Source of the DNA: Octopus sinensis
Taxonomy: Eukaryota
Length of the DNA stretch: 64,000 bases
Reading direction: 5' to 3'
NCBI RefSeq assembly: GCF_006345805.1
Contig: NC_043017.1
Location: forward strand, 12,958,001 to 13,022,000
Part shown: positions 36,701 through 49,097 of the stretch, piece by piece
Position numbering within the stretch: the first letter of the stretch is position 1
Layout: each line of letters begins with the position of its first letter
Made by a program: the position numbers and the translations under genes
Notes under the pieces: model-generated
Database searches by the model: none
Seen by the model: the letters and a program-made list of their open reading frames with translations, nothing else
Told to the model about the DNA's origin: nothing

Positions 36701-37497
36701 CTCTGATCCTGAAGTCGCTAACTACTAATCTATGTTGGGGAGTACATTCTTCGCCTGGGAAGGTTTTGGCATTTATAATCAGCCCTCTTTCCCTTTTTCT
36801 GGCAAGGATGTAGTCAATCTGGCTGGTGTGTCTGCCAGAACGGTAGGTGACTAGGTGAGAGGTGGGTTTCCTGAAGTGGGTATTGCAGACCATAAGGTCA
36901 TTTGCATCGCAGAACTCCAGCAGCCTGGTTCCCTCCTCATTTCGAGAGCCAAAACCGTGGCCTCCATGGATGCCATGGAAGCCCCTGACATGTCGTCCAA
37001 CATGTCCATTGAAATCACCTGCCACGAAGAGAAGGTCACTGTCATTTGTCAATGAGGTAGTCCGCAATAGGGTGTCATAGAATTGGTCTTTTGTCCTTCC
37101 GGTAGCCCTGGTTGAGGGGCATATGCCGAGATGATGGTAGCTGTCCTATGGTGAAGAACTAATCTAATTTTAATTACTCTGTCACTTATTCTGACTACCT
37201 CGATTACCTTACCTATCCATTTCTCCGCGAGAAGTATACCCACGCCCCCGATACCGTCAATGTTCCCTGCCCAGAAAATCTTGTACCTGTGTTCCTTGCC
37301 CGTGAGGAGCCTAGCAGAACCTCCTCTCCACCTTACTTCCTGGATACAGCATACATCCACACGTCTCCGTTCAAGCAGCTCTACAATCTCTCCAGACCTA
37401 CCTTTCAATGTGCCAACGTTGAGCGTGCCAACTCTGAGGGTTTGGGAGGTGTGGGCATCAGAGACCCTGGGACGAGGACAGCAGTGTCATGTACCTG
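33714..37497 (-). mobile_element. Near full-length RTE-clade LINE (APE endonuclease + RT), three -1 frameshifts, 3' UTR with tandem repeats and (GAT)n tail
   Basis: LRVGTLNVGTLKGRS, VCCIQEVRW, GDFNGHVG, IDYIL, QFGFVPGKSTTDAIF, VHQGSVLSPLLF, LLYADD, RLRWYGHV. Confidence 0.95.
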
Positions 37498-38169
37498 AAA
37501 AGAAAGCTTGCATTTGGCAGATTTCATATGGAAACTCTAGACTACAACCTGCATACTTTTCACAATTTTTGCGCTATATGTTCAGATAAACCCTACATAG
37601 GTGCTAGTGGGGGAGGGGGTAGTTCCGGTATTAGGGTAGAAACTTCCGGTATCGGTGGTGGGGGTGGGAGGGCGGGCGACAAAATCGAAGCAACTAGTTT
37701 GAATACTATATTGAGGGGGAAAAATAATTAATTAGATAAATGACTGAATGAAAGCCAGAGAGAGAATGAAAATAGATAAATAATAAAAAATACGGTAGAG
37801 AATGGAAATAGATAAATAATGAAAAAAAACGGTAGAGAATGAGAATAGATAAATAATGAAAAAAATACGGTAAGAGACGAGGGGGCATATTTCGGAGGGG
37901 AATGGATAAACATCGAAGATGGCCCTGAAGGAAAATAAACTTTAAAAATGCAATGCGTGAAGTCGCCATGTTTAGAGAATAGGGGAACGAAGGGAGAACA
38001 GATCAAGCTATCCAAACAAAACGCTTAAAAATATGAAAAGAGCAGGATGAAATTGACTTAGCTGGCCATTTTTGGAAGTCTGTGTTTTCTCTGAGGTGTA
38101 GCGAGTGAATAGGGATCAGATACGATCGCACGCTGGCTTTTATAAGGGAATTAGGGAAGGGGACGGAAA

Positions 38170-38204
<35 letters not shown>

Positions 38205-38531
38205 CGAAGCAACTAGTTTGAATACTATATTTGAGGGGGAAAAATAATTAATTAGATAAATGACTGAATGAAAGCCAGAGAGAGAATGAAAATAGATAAA
38301 TAATAAAAAATACGGTAGAGAATGGAAATAGATAAATAATGAAAAAAATACGGTAGAGAATGAGAATAGATAAATAATGAAAAAAATACGGTAAGAGACG
38401 AGGGGGCATATGGTCTGCAATACCCACTTCAGGAAACCCACCTCTCACCTAGTCACCTACCGTTCTGGCAGACACACCAGCCAGATTGACTACATCCTTG
38501 CCAGAAAAAGGGAAAGAGGGCTGATTATAAA

Positions 38532-38534
38532 ATA

Positions 38535-38569
<35 letters not shown>

Positions 38570-38696
38570 AATAATGATAATAATAATAATGATGATGATG
38601 ATAATAATGATAATAATGATTATAATAATGATAATAATAATGATGATGATGATAATAATGATAATAATAATAATGATAATAATAATGATGATGATA

Positions 38697-38731
<35 letters not shown>

Positions 38732-38851
38732 AATAATGATAATAATAATAATGATGATGATGATAATAATGATAATAATGATTATAATAATGATAATAAT
38801 AATGATGATGATAATAATAATGATAATAATGATAATGATAATAATAATAAT
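38532..38851. repeat. (AAT/GAT)n microsatellite, right flank of the RTE block
   Basis: Direct reading. Confidence 0.95.
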
Positions 38852-39092
38852 CACAGTTTCAAAATTTGGTACAAGGCCAGTAATTTTGGGGCCGGTGCTA
38901 AGTCAACTACATCAATCCCAGTGTCCAACTGGTACTTATTTTACTGACCCTGAAAGGATGAAAAGCAATGCCAACCTCAGCAGAATTTGAACTCAGGATA
39001 TAAAAATAAATGATGTGCCACTAAACATTGTGCCCAGCATCGCAACAATTCTGTGAACTCACCACCTTAAATAATAATAATAATAATAATAA

Positions 39093-39567
39093 TAAAACAT
39101 GCCTCTTCATTGATATGACTGTCCTAATCGATATAAATGTATCTGTCAAGACCTACCAGAAACTGAGCAAATATAAAGATCTGGAAATAGAAATCAGCAA
39201 AATGTGGAACCTGAAGACTAAAACAATAGCTGTTGTCATAGGTGCCCTGGGAATGATAGCAAAAGGGGCTGGTTGCTACCTAACACAGATACCAGGAAAC
39301 CCCAAAATGGCAGAAATTCAAAAGATAGTGCTCATGGGAGCTGCTCATATCCTACACAAAATACTTTCTATGTGATCTCAAGTTTTAAAACAAACATAAT
39401 TTTTGTATGGTTTCTTAAACATTCTCTAGAACAACACTATGTACAAAACCAAATATACGGCATCCTAGGCATAACACCAACAAGAACTTCCAACTTGTTA
39501 TCTCTTGAGGTCTCTGGGTGAGACTTGGAGCCAATTTGTACAAATGTAAAGCAAAAGTCAAACATAA

Positions 39568-39580
<13 letters not shown>
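39093..39580 (+). mobile_element. R4/Dong-like non-LTR retrotransposon 3' fragment (restriction-like endonuclease) between (TAA)n tracts
   Basis: KTCLFIDMTV...KLSKYKDLEIEISKMWNLKTKTIAVVIGALG; TAA flanks fit the known Dong target preference. Confidence 0.8.
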
Positions 39581-39603
<23 letters not shown>

Positions 39604-39892
39604 TGGAAGTGTTATCATGTACATTGTTTTGTTCATTCAACATCCTTAAACAATCCTTATTCAGGGACCTTTTGAGTGGGATGGGCTACTCGACCAGAAG
39701 AAAATTCTAACTGGGCCCCACCTGCAAGGTCATGCGCTGTTTATCTTGATATGAAATCACCATGCCGTGCACATATGGTTGTGATGCATGTGCCTGGTGT
39801 ACCCTTATCAGATGGGTAGTCATGATGGGTATACTGGGCTTCGTATATTTTACCCCAGTGTCACTTTGATGGCATGAACTGCTCTCACACTC

Positions 39893-39928
<36 letters not shown>

Positions 39929-40105
39929 CCTTTCTACTATAGGCACAAGGTCTGAAATTTGGGAGAGGGGTATAGTCAATTATATCGACCCTGAAAAGAT
40001 GAAAGGCAAAGTTGACCTCAGTGGTATTTGAACTCAGTGCAAAGGCAGACGGAATGCTGCCAAGCATTTTGCCTGGTGTGTTAACAATTCTGCCAGCTTG
40101 CCACC

Positions 40106-40141
<36 letters not shown>

Positions 40142-40452
40142 GCAATGAATATTATTGTTCTAATGATTTCATGCAAACCTGTGCTGTACCAGCTGAGTGC
40201 AAGTCAAGAGTGATGTCACTACATTGAGCTAGACACTGCTGTGAGGCTGAGCCCCAAAAAAAAAAAAACATGCCTGACGGTGCTGGTCAAGATGATGCAC
40301 CAGCCCGTCTGAGATCGTGTTGCACTAGATGGCATCCTGCTTTGTTTTGGGAAGACCAGATATCTACAAAGAGGGAGAGAGAGATTTACTTCCACAGGGC
40401 TAGAGCTAAGCTGATACCATGTCGCATTGGCCACCTCACCAATCACAAAATG

Positions 40453-40792
40453 ATATCTAGGGCCGTTGCCAGCCTCGGGCCGTTGCCAGCCTCAGGCCAT
40501 TGCCAGCCCCGGGCCGTTGTCAGCCTCGCCTGGCCCCCGTGCTGGTGGCACGTAAAAAGCACCATCCGATCGAGGCCGTTTGCCAGCTTCGCCTGGCACC
40601 TGTGCCAGTGACACGTAAAAAGCACCTACTACACTCACGGAGTGGTTGGCGTTAGGAAGGGCATCCAGCCGTAGAAACATTGCCAGATCAGACTGGGCCT
40701 GGTGCAGCCTTCTGGCTTCCCAGACCCCAGTTGAACCGTCCAACCCATGCTAGTATGGAAAGCAGATGCTAAACGATGATGATGATGATGAT
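40453..40792 (+). mobile_element. RTE 3' UTR fragment, (GAT)n tail
   Basis: Same terminal motif. Confidence 0.85.
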
Positions 40793-40860
40793 GTTTGTGC
40801 TCTAATAGATTCACAAACCCATTAGAGTATCAGACAGCATTCCATCTAGCATTTAATTCA

Positions 40861-41256
40861 TCTCTCTTTTACTTGTTTCAGTCATTTGACTGTGGCCATG
40901 CTGGAGCACCGCCTTTAGTCGACCAAATCGACCCCGGGACTTATTCTTTGTAAGCCCAGTACTTATTCTATCGGTCTCTTTTGCCGAACCGCTAAGTGAC
41001 AGGGACATAAACACACCAACATCGGTTGTCAAGCAATGCTAGGGGGACAAACACAGACACACAAACACATACACACACATATATATATATACATATATAT
41101 ACGACAGGCTTCTTTCAGTTTCTGTCTACCAAATCCACTCACAAGGCATTGGTTGGCCCGAGGCTATAGCAGAAGACACTTGCCCAAGATGCCACACAGT
41201 GGGACTGAACCCGGAACCATGTGGTTGGTTAGCAAGCTACTTACCACACAGCCACC
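40861..41256 (-). mobile_element. SINE S1
   Basis: Same family. Confidence 0.9.
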
Positions 41257-41502
41257 CCAGCACTCTCTTCAAGTTTTCTATTGAAATTTTGTAGGGGCTG
41301 ACTTGTCAGCTTTCATCCTTCCTTCAAGGATCCAATGTAATCAGGTAGAAGTTAAGTTCTACCGGGGTCCATTTCTGCAGTTTCACCCTAACCTTCACAC
41401 ATACACAAAAATATTCATTGCTGTGTGTTGAAATTAAATAATGACTTCAGGTTCTCTCCATTGTTCTGATCAAATGTTCCATGGAATTCTTTTTTCTGTT
41501 AG

Positions 41503-41623
41503 TTACCAGTTTTTCCATGCCAAACAAATTAGCATGACTACCCTATACATTCCATTGGTGAAAGAAAAATTATACCTATACGAAAGAGACCTCTGCAAAT
41601 TCTTCAAACTTAGGAGATACGGT
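41503..41623 (+). CDS. CCDC180: CCDC180-like exon O (2-0)
   Basis: ctgttAG/GTAAGT; YQFFHAKQISMTTLYIPLVKEKLYLYERDLCKFFKLRRYG vs recalled human [34 protein letters not shown]. Confidence 0.9.
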
Positions 41624-42201
41624 GTAAGTCTTTATTTGTTATTCCATTTGAAGTACATATGCACACACACACACACACACACACATATAAAAGAACACAG
41701 GTGGAGTTTGAAAACTCATAAGAGCTATGAGCAAAAGGAGTCAGTTTAAGTTCCCTGTTTCTACCTGTGTTTAAAATCACCTGGTGATAATGGATTTTTC
41801 TCATTATGTAATTGTAGCAATCAAACTATTCATCAATAGAAAAAATGCTGCTGAAACAACTGTTGTGTGTATCTTTAAACTTCATTTGTGTTCTTCAGTT
41901 ATACAAACACTACACCTGTAACCATCCCTAGGTTGAATCTAGAACTTGCACTAGATCAGGAATCTCACCTATGATCATTTTCATATATGTCAAAACTTTG
42001 TTAACGTGACATCAAAGTCTGCCGTTTTAAGCGCAACTAAAAAACAAACCCGAGCAACGCCGGGCTATACTGCTAGTTATATATATGATAGAAATTGCAA
42101 ACTTGTCAGAATTCCTAAATTTAAAATTACAATAAAATTTGGCGTTATCTTATTCTCCTATATCAGGATGATACATAAAAGTGGACAATTTCAAAAAGAC
42201 T

Positions 42202-42536
42202 TATGGTGATGTACTTGCATAGCAAGTGATTTGATCTGAGATCATGTGCTGAAACGAAAACAATTGCAGCGTGGAAGGTGTTTGTAAGCCATTTAAGAAA
42301 CACACAAAAGCCGTTCGATTCACTTCAACATCTAAGTTTAATTTGTCAAAATATTTTCATCGCTTTAAGGCCGCGACCTGTTCACTGATTTTTGCACGGA
42401 TTTTTGTCAGTGAACAGGTCACGGTCTTAAAGCGACGAAAATATTTTGACAAATTAAACTTAAATGTTAAAGTGAATCGAACGGCTTTTGTGTGTTTCTT
42501 AAATGGCTTACAAACACCTTCCACGCTGCAATTGTG
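42202..42536. repeat. Foldback element (arms about 130 bp) with a 12-bp TSD
   Basis: Arms span 42260-42535; TTCAAAAAGACT at 42190-42201 and 42537-42548. Confidence 0.88.
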
Positions 42537-42676
42537 TTCAAAAAGACTGATCTACCTAAAAATGATTAGAATTAACAAATAGCAACTGCTCTCAGACCAG
42601 AATTTTCAATGACCATTTGGCTGTATTGATGTGGGATATTCCTGAGTAATTCTGTCTAGATTTATTATATTTTCAG

Positions 42677-42874
42677 AAACAACCATTCAGCCAAGCTGAC
42701 CCAAATGATGACTGCATTTGTACTGACCCAGCTGAGTCAGGCAGTACATCAACTGAATCGTCTAGAAAATCTTCCTCAAAAATGGTCATATCACCAAGTC
42801 AGCAACCCCTTAAGTTATCTGCACAAACTGAAAAGCCTGGCTCCCATTTGGATCTTCTAGCACCTAAGACTCTG
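42677..42874 (+). CDS. CCDC180: CCDC180-like exon P (0-0), Ser-rich linker; last exon found in window
   Basis: ttttcAG/GTAAGT; 66 open codons KQPFSQADPNDDC...LLAPKTL. Confidence 0.78.
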
Positions 42875-43408
42875 GTAAGTTTATTCCTTTAGTTGTGTTC
42901 TGTTATTCTTTTATTCGTTTATTCACCAACGTTCCACACAGCTGCCCTTATTTGTTACATAACAAGATGTTTCAATAGATTAAAAGAAATTAAATTCCCT
43001 CCATCATCGTTTTTATCATCCACTTTTCCATACACACACGGGTGGCTAGAATTTGAGGTGGATTTTCTATGGTTGGCTGCCCTTCCTGTCACCAACTTGT
43101 TTCCATGGAAATATTTCCCCAGGGCCAGACTTGGTTTGGCAGAATATTGGAAATGAATGACACCACTTCCCTGACTGACATTTGTCTTCGATTATTATAT
43201 GATGTCAAAACAAGGAGACAATAAAACACACATACACACACACACACACACACATATGTGTATACGTACTATAGGTTTCTTTTAGTTTTCATCTACCAAA
43301 TCCACTCACAAGGCTTTGGTTGGCCTGGAGCACGCAGTGGGTCTGAACTCAGAACCATGTAGTTGGGAAGCAAACTTCTTACCACACAGCTATGTCTAAA
43401 TTACTCGT

Positions 43409-43640
43409 TAAGGCGGCGAGCTGGCAGAGACGTTAGCACGCCGGGCAAAGTGCTTCGCGGTATTTCGCCCGTCGCTACGTTGTGAGTTCAAATTCCGCCG
43501 AGGTCGACTTTGCCTTTCATCCTTTCGGGGTCGATAAATTAAGTACCAGTTACATACTGGGGTCGATGTAATCGACTTAATCCGTTTGTCTGTCCTTGTT
43601 TGTCCCCTCTATGTTTAGCCCCTTGTGGGTAATAAAGAAG
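43409..43640 (+). mobile_element. SINE S3
   Basis: Same family; further copies at 15757-15957(-), 20213-20420(-), 30005-30208(+), 38880-39065(-), 52575-52806(+), 53968-54140(-), 58750-58978(+). Confidence 0.88.
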
Positions 43641-43885
43641 CAGATAATTAATTGGAATATGTTAATTTTGGTGTAGGGAGGGGATCGGGGTATGATTTCT
43701 TGGATCTAGTCTAATCCAGTGGTGATCTGCCCTTCAGCTGGTACTGTGCATGTGACCCTTCTCCAACACTCTCTATACAACCTGGGAAGGCCCTTACCTG
43801 CCCCACCCCCTGCTGTCATGAATGAGATTGCTGGAACTTCAGTTACCATTAATAGACTTAGGATGAGTTAAGTTAAGTTAACTTT

Positions 43886-44080
43886 TTAGCTCAAAAAGCA
43901 AAAAGCAAGGCCATGTAGGGGGACATGGAGTTATGTACAGGGAGGGTGTTCATGCAAAGAGTTCAGGCCATTTGTGGTCAAGGGAGACTTTGAACCGAGC
44001 GGTCATCAGCATCTTCACTATCTCGTCCGGCAGCTTATTCCACGGATCCGCAACCCGGATGGAGAAAGCCCCTCTCCTTC
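43886..44080 (-). mobile_element. CR1-type LINE 3' end (single unit)
   Basis: Homologous to 11988-12650. Confidence 0.75.
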
Positions 44081-44461
44081 GATTGAGATGAAATCATCGC
44101 AGATAGAGCTTTTCGGAGTGACCCCACAGCCAACACTCTGGAGCTGGAATGGCTTTCCAATGCCTTCTCCAATCAGGAGGGATTTGAACTCAGAATGTAG
44201 AGAGTTGGAATATATAACGTGAAGCATTTCTGCTATGTCATCAATTCTACCACTCTTCCACCCACAGGGCAATGTAAAATGAAGTGTTTTGCTCAAGATC
44301 ATAATGTGCTGTATGCTCCAAGAATCAAACCCACAATCTAGTGATTGTGAGTATAACCCCCTAACCAAAAGGCCATGCACCTTCATGATTTTTTGGAATA
44401 GCCCCAGTTCAACCAATACCCTGAGTGAATTTGCTAGATGGAAACTGTGTGAAGCCCCTCG

Positions 44462-44493
<32 letters not shown>

Positions 44494-44882
44494 AGTGTGT
44501 TTGCTTCTTCTTCTACCTGTTGCTTGGCAGCCAGTGTCAGTTTGTTTACTTCCTCATTACTTAGTGGTTTGGCAAATGACAAACAGAATAAACGCAAGAT
44601 TTTTAAAAAAAAGAAATGTAAGTACTGGGTTACATCTTTCTGACTGAAACCCTTCAAGGCAGAACTCCAGCATGGCCGCAGTCCAGTGACTGATACAAGT
44701 CATCATCATCACTTAGCATCTGCTTTTCCATGCTGGCATGGGTTGGATGGTTTGATTGAAACTGGTAAGCTGTTGGGCTACACCATATTCCAATCTGATT
44801 TGGCATGGTTTCTACAGCTGGATGCCTTCCCTAATGCCAACCACTCCAAGAGTGTAATGGGTGGTCAAATGGAAGAACTTAA

Positions 44883-45266
44883 TCTTTATATATAAAAGTG
44901 AAGTTGTGTGTCTGTCTCCTACGATTTAGATTCCTAACTACTCCCACATTTTGCGGTGCAGTTATCTTATAGTCGTGATTCATATTGAGCCCTTCTGGGT
45001 ATTAGCGCGCATCTACGATGAGTCTACGATTTTAAAAAAAAATTTACCATCCTTTTTTTCCATTTTAATGCATTTTTTCGCTATTATATAAGGGAAGTAA
45101 CTCTCTAAAAATGTCTACGATGAGTCAACGATTTTTAAAAAAATGTACCATCAATTTTTTTCCATTTTTAATGCATTTTTTTGCTATTTTTTGGCTATAA
45201 CTCTCTAAAAATGCTTATATAGTTATTTCCCTTACAAACCCGAGCAACGCCGGGCGATACTGCTAG
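44883..45266 (+). mobile_element. Non-autonomous Helitron
   Basis: A|TC 5' end, subterminal CCCGAGCAACGCCGGG hairpin, CTAG|T 3' end. Confidence 0.85.
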
Positions 45267-45544
45267 TCTGAAATAAGACTAAAAGAAATTTTTTTAAATG
45301 CTTTTGTAATAGAAACATTTTCTTGTCTTTTATTTTTGAACGTTAAAATAAAAAAAGTTTTGGAAAAAGTGAAAATGTTAAAAATAGTCATTTTGGTAAA
45401 ATATTGGTTGGTAAAATAGCTACCAGTCTGAGAAATATGAATAGTGGTGTAATGAGGAATTCAAAAACAACCTTTTTGAGTCAATGCCACATCAAGTCTG
45501 TGGGTCATGACTGGAATTGGTAAAGGAATAAAAGAATATACATG

Positions 45545-46082
45545 TGTGTGTGTATGTTGTTTAAATACAGGTGTGTGTCTGTGTGTGTGTGTGTATGAAT
45601 GCATATATGTGTGTGTGTATGTTGTTTAAATACAGGTGTGTGTCTGTGTGTGTGTATGTTGTTTAAATACAGGTGTGTGTCTGTGTGTGTATGCATATGT
45701 GTGTGTGTGTGTGTGTGTTGTTTAAATACAGGTGTGTGTCTGTGTGTGTGTATGTATGCATATATGTGTGTGTGTGTGTTGTTTAAATACAGGTGTGTGT
45801 ATGTATGCATATATATATGTGTGTGTGTGTCTGTGTGTATGTTTAAATACAGGTGTGTGTCTGTGTGTGTATGCATATGTGTGTGTGTGTGTGTTGTTTA
45901 AATACAGGTGTGTGTCTGTGTGTGTGTATGTATGCATATGTGTGTATGTTGTTTAAATACAGGTGTGTGTCTGTGTGTGTATGTATGCATATATGTGTGT
46001 GCGTGTATGTATCCATATATGTGTGTGTGTATGTATGCATATATATGTGTGTGTGTATGTATGCATATGTGTGTGTGTGTGT
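45545..46082. repeat. TG-rich minisatellite with fixed TGTTTAAATACAGG core
   Basis: Core repeated about 8 times at variable spacing. Confidence 0.9.
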
Positions 46083-46812
46083 AAGTGGTGGCACAAAGCA
46101 GTGATGGAAAATATACAGACTTTAGGTTAGTTCTCAAGTCATATAGATTCACAAGACCAGTTTCTCAGTTTTTGTGGCATATATATATTCCTCACCTGAA
46201 CAGGATGCACGTCCGTCACAGGATTACTCATTTCTGCCAGCTGAGTGGACTGGAACAACATGAAATGAAGTGTTTTGCTCTAGAACACAACGCATCGCCC
46301 AGTCCAGGAATCGAAACGACAATCTTACAATTGTGAGTCCATCACCCTAACCTCTAAGCCATGCACTTCCATGAGGTAAAATATGTTTGGGACATATTTC
46401 TGCTTCTGAAGACAATATCATTGCATTTACCATGGAGAGAAAGATTTTCAAACATATTTGATCTAACCTAAAGTTTCTTTATATATATGTGTGTGTATGC
46501 AAGTGTGTGTGTGTGTACATATTTATGTGTATTTGATGTGTGTATATATATATATATATATATCTAACCGATCTAACATGGCGACTGATATATATATATA
46601 TATATATATATATAGCAATTAAGGACAACTACTTAATAAGGAAAACTTAACAAGAAATTGTCAGGTAGATAGCGTGAAAACCTCATAAGAGAATAAATTT
46701 CGAAAATAATTATTTCTTATTGAACATATTAATTTATATATAGAGGGCATTATACATACATGCCAGAGGGCATTATACATACATATACATACATATATAT
46801 ATATATACATAC

Positions 46813-46843
<31 letters not shown>

Positions 46844-47137
46844 ATAATAATAATAATAATTGTGTACAGTGCTCAGGTGCACTACAATATATATCACCAT
46901 GACCGTCACTGACCAGGCTGTCAGATGTTGCTACACATCGCTGGTCACAATGCGCTTCGCATTGTTTTAGCCTTTAAATGACGCCACCCCGCAGGCTAAG
47001 CGAGCAGGCCTATATATATATATATATGCGTGTGTGTGTATGTATGTATGTATGTATGTATGTATAATGCATGTGTGTATATATGTGTGTGTGTACATAT
47101 ATACATTTGTATATGTGATGTGTATATAATGCATGTG

Positions 47138-47184
<47 letters not shown>

Positions 47185-47194
47185 CAGACACATT

Positions 47195-48367
47195 TCATAA
47201 CCGGCTAACTTCCATGATTTCTTCATCTTTGTTCTGTTCAGGATCGTCATTTTGCTCAAACAATGGGTTGACCATTTTCCGTTCCACTTGGGTAATCTCA
47301 GCTCCACCCACATGCCAAGAATTAGTCTTGTGGTTCAATTCACTTAATATTTCATCTTCATGATTGAAATCATCCGATCCCAGGGCATTTCTGTCGGTGT
47401 TCCTCATCCACCGAGTATTACGCATCTGAGCTTTCTCTCTTTCTTGGGCATTTTCTGGCACTTCAAGACCCTGTGGTTTCATTCCGATTGTGATTGGTGT
47501 GTCGATCCGCATTTCAGTGTTGTCTGCCATTTCCAGCTTGAACTGGAATGAATATTCCACCTCAATCAGGTCACAGTAGTCTAGGTTAGATTCTGGGATA
47601 TAAGGAGGGACAGCTAAACGCACATTTCTCCACTTTCGACCTTCGCAGTACCCCATTTCGTATTCGTCTCGCCGCTTGTTTACCACCTGTAGGAAACTGA
47701 TGCTTTTCTTCTGTGCATGGTAAGTACTGTTCATCAAGAGGGAAGCTTGAATTGCATAGATAACTTTAGGACTTCGGTTTGTAATATCGGCATCAATAAG
47801 TATATCTTCCCCAGGGACTAAACCTGATTTTTTTATTGTCACATCCATCAATATCTTACCAAATGTACACCCCTTCCATGCTTTCTTCTGGTGTGTTATA
47901 TTTTTTGGCTTTAAGAGTGCGGCAGACAATGGTAATGGTCTGACAATTAAGAAAGGCTCGCTGGTAATGTTAGTTTCACCAACTCTGTCTCCAGAAATAA
48001 TTGCTTTTAATACGTACGTCACATTACCGTATTTTCCGATGAAGGAAGAGGGTAAATTATATGGTAGCTGATAGTCAAAAGGGAAATTATGTGGACCGGC
48101 ATTCAAACTCAGTGGTTCTGTATTCTTCATGTCCATAATCAACTTTGAGGCGTCCATGTATATCTCGCTTGCTTGGTTTTGTTGTTGATTGTCTTCCCAA
48201 CAGACCCGCCCCTCACCAAGAACACTGATCATAATGGTTCGGAGTAAAGTTGGACTGGAGAGAGATAGCTGTATAGATCCCCGGAGTATCTCACCTGGTT
48301 GATATTGATAATGTTCGTCGATATCATGTTCTAAGTTTATCGTAAAATGTTTCACAGACATATCCAT
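47195..48367 (-). CDS. Intronless alpha-arrestin (arrestin domain-containing protein), 390 aa, nested antisense
   Basis: YQPGEILRGSIQL, AGPHNFPFDYQLPYNLPSSFIGKYGNVTYVLKA (Arrestin_N) and GLVPGEDILIDADITNRS, IEVEYSFQFKL, TPITIG (Arrestin_C); uninterrupted non-repetitive ORF. Confidence 0.93.
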   Translation of the reverse strand: MDMSVKHFTINLEHDIDEHYQYQPGEILRGSIQLSLSSPTLLRTIMISVLGEGRVCWEDNQQQNQASEIYMDASKLIMDMKNTEPLSLNAGPHNFPFDYQLPYNLPSSFIGKYGNVTYVLKAIISGDRVGETNITSEPFLIVRPLPLSAALLKPKNITHQKKAWKGCTFGKILMDVTIKKSGLVPGEDILIDADITNRSPKVIYAIQASLLMNSTYHAQKKSISFLQVVNKRRDEYEMGYCEGRKWRNVRLAVPPYIPESNLDYCDLIEVEYSFQFKLEMADNTEMRIDTPITIGMKPQGLEVPENAQEREKAQMRNTRWMRNTDRNALGSDDFNHEDEILSELNHKTNSWHVGGAEITQVERKMVNPLFEQNDDPEQNKDEEIMEVSRL

Positions 48368-48774
48368 TTTTCACAATGTCACACTACCTCCAGAAAGGAG
48401 GTTCAAAGAATCCAGCAAAAAATCTTTTTGTCACAAAGGATATTTGACTAAATTTTTTTTTATTCTATTATTAAAAATAGATTTCTTATGTGTTATAGAC
48501 ACATATTTTTGTTTTGTTTTTTGGGGATTTTTTTTTTTTTTTGTAAAATCCAGTGAATTTTAAATTAATTCCTCTTTAATATTTCGAAAATTTTACTATA
48601 GTTTCCCAATGGCATGGCAGACTAGAATCATTTAACTGTCTTGTACTTTTCTTCAGTGTAAATCTGAAACCAAAAAAAAAAAGAAAAGAAAAGGAAATTA
48701 TAAATTTTCTTCATAATGCATTTTATCAACAAGCACATATATAAGCACAATATCACATTTGTCCACACACATAT

Positions 48775-49097
48775 AGGAGCACTCCGTCGGTTACGACGAC
48801 GAGAGTCCCAGCTGATACGATCAACGGAACAGCTTGCTCGTGAAATTAACGTGCAAATGGCTGAGCATTCCACAGATACATGTACCCTTAACGTAGTTCA
48901 CAAGGAGATTCAGCGTGACACAGAGTGTGACAAGGCTGGCCCTTTGAAATACAGGTACAACTCATTTTTGCCAGCTGAGTAGACTGGAGCAACGTGAAAT
49001 AAAGTGTCTTGCTCAAGGACACAACGCGTCGCCGGGAATTGAACTCCCGACCTTACGATCATGAGCCAAATGCCCTAACCACTAAGCCATGCGCCCT
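48775..49097 (-). mobile_element. SINE, S2-type tail with a Meta-like central domain
   Basis: TTGAGCAAGACACTTTATTTCACGTTGCTCCAGT on the minus strand. Confidence 0.8.

Noticed and set aside
38525-38990. Poly-Ile/Met ORFs (similarly 33364-33738, 51048-51485, 60985-61697)
   Set aside because: Microsatellite translations.
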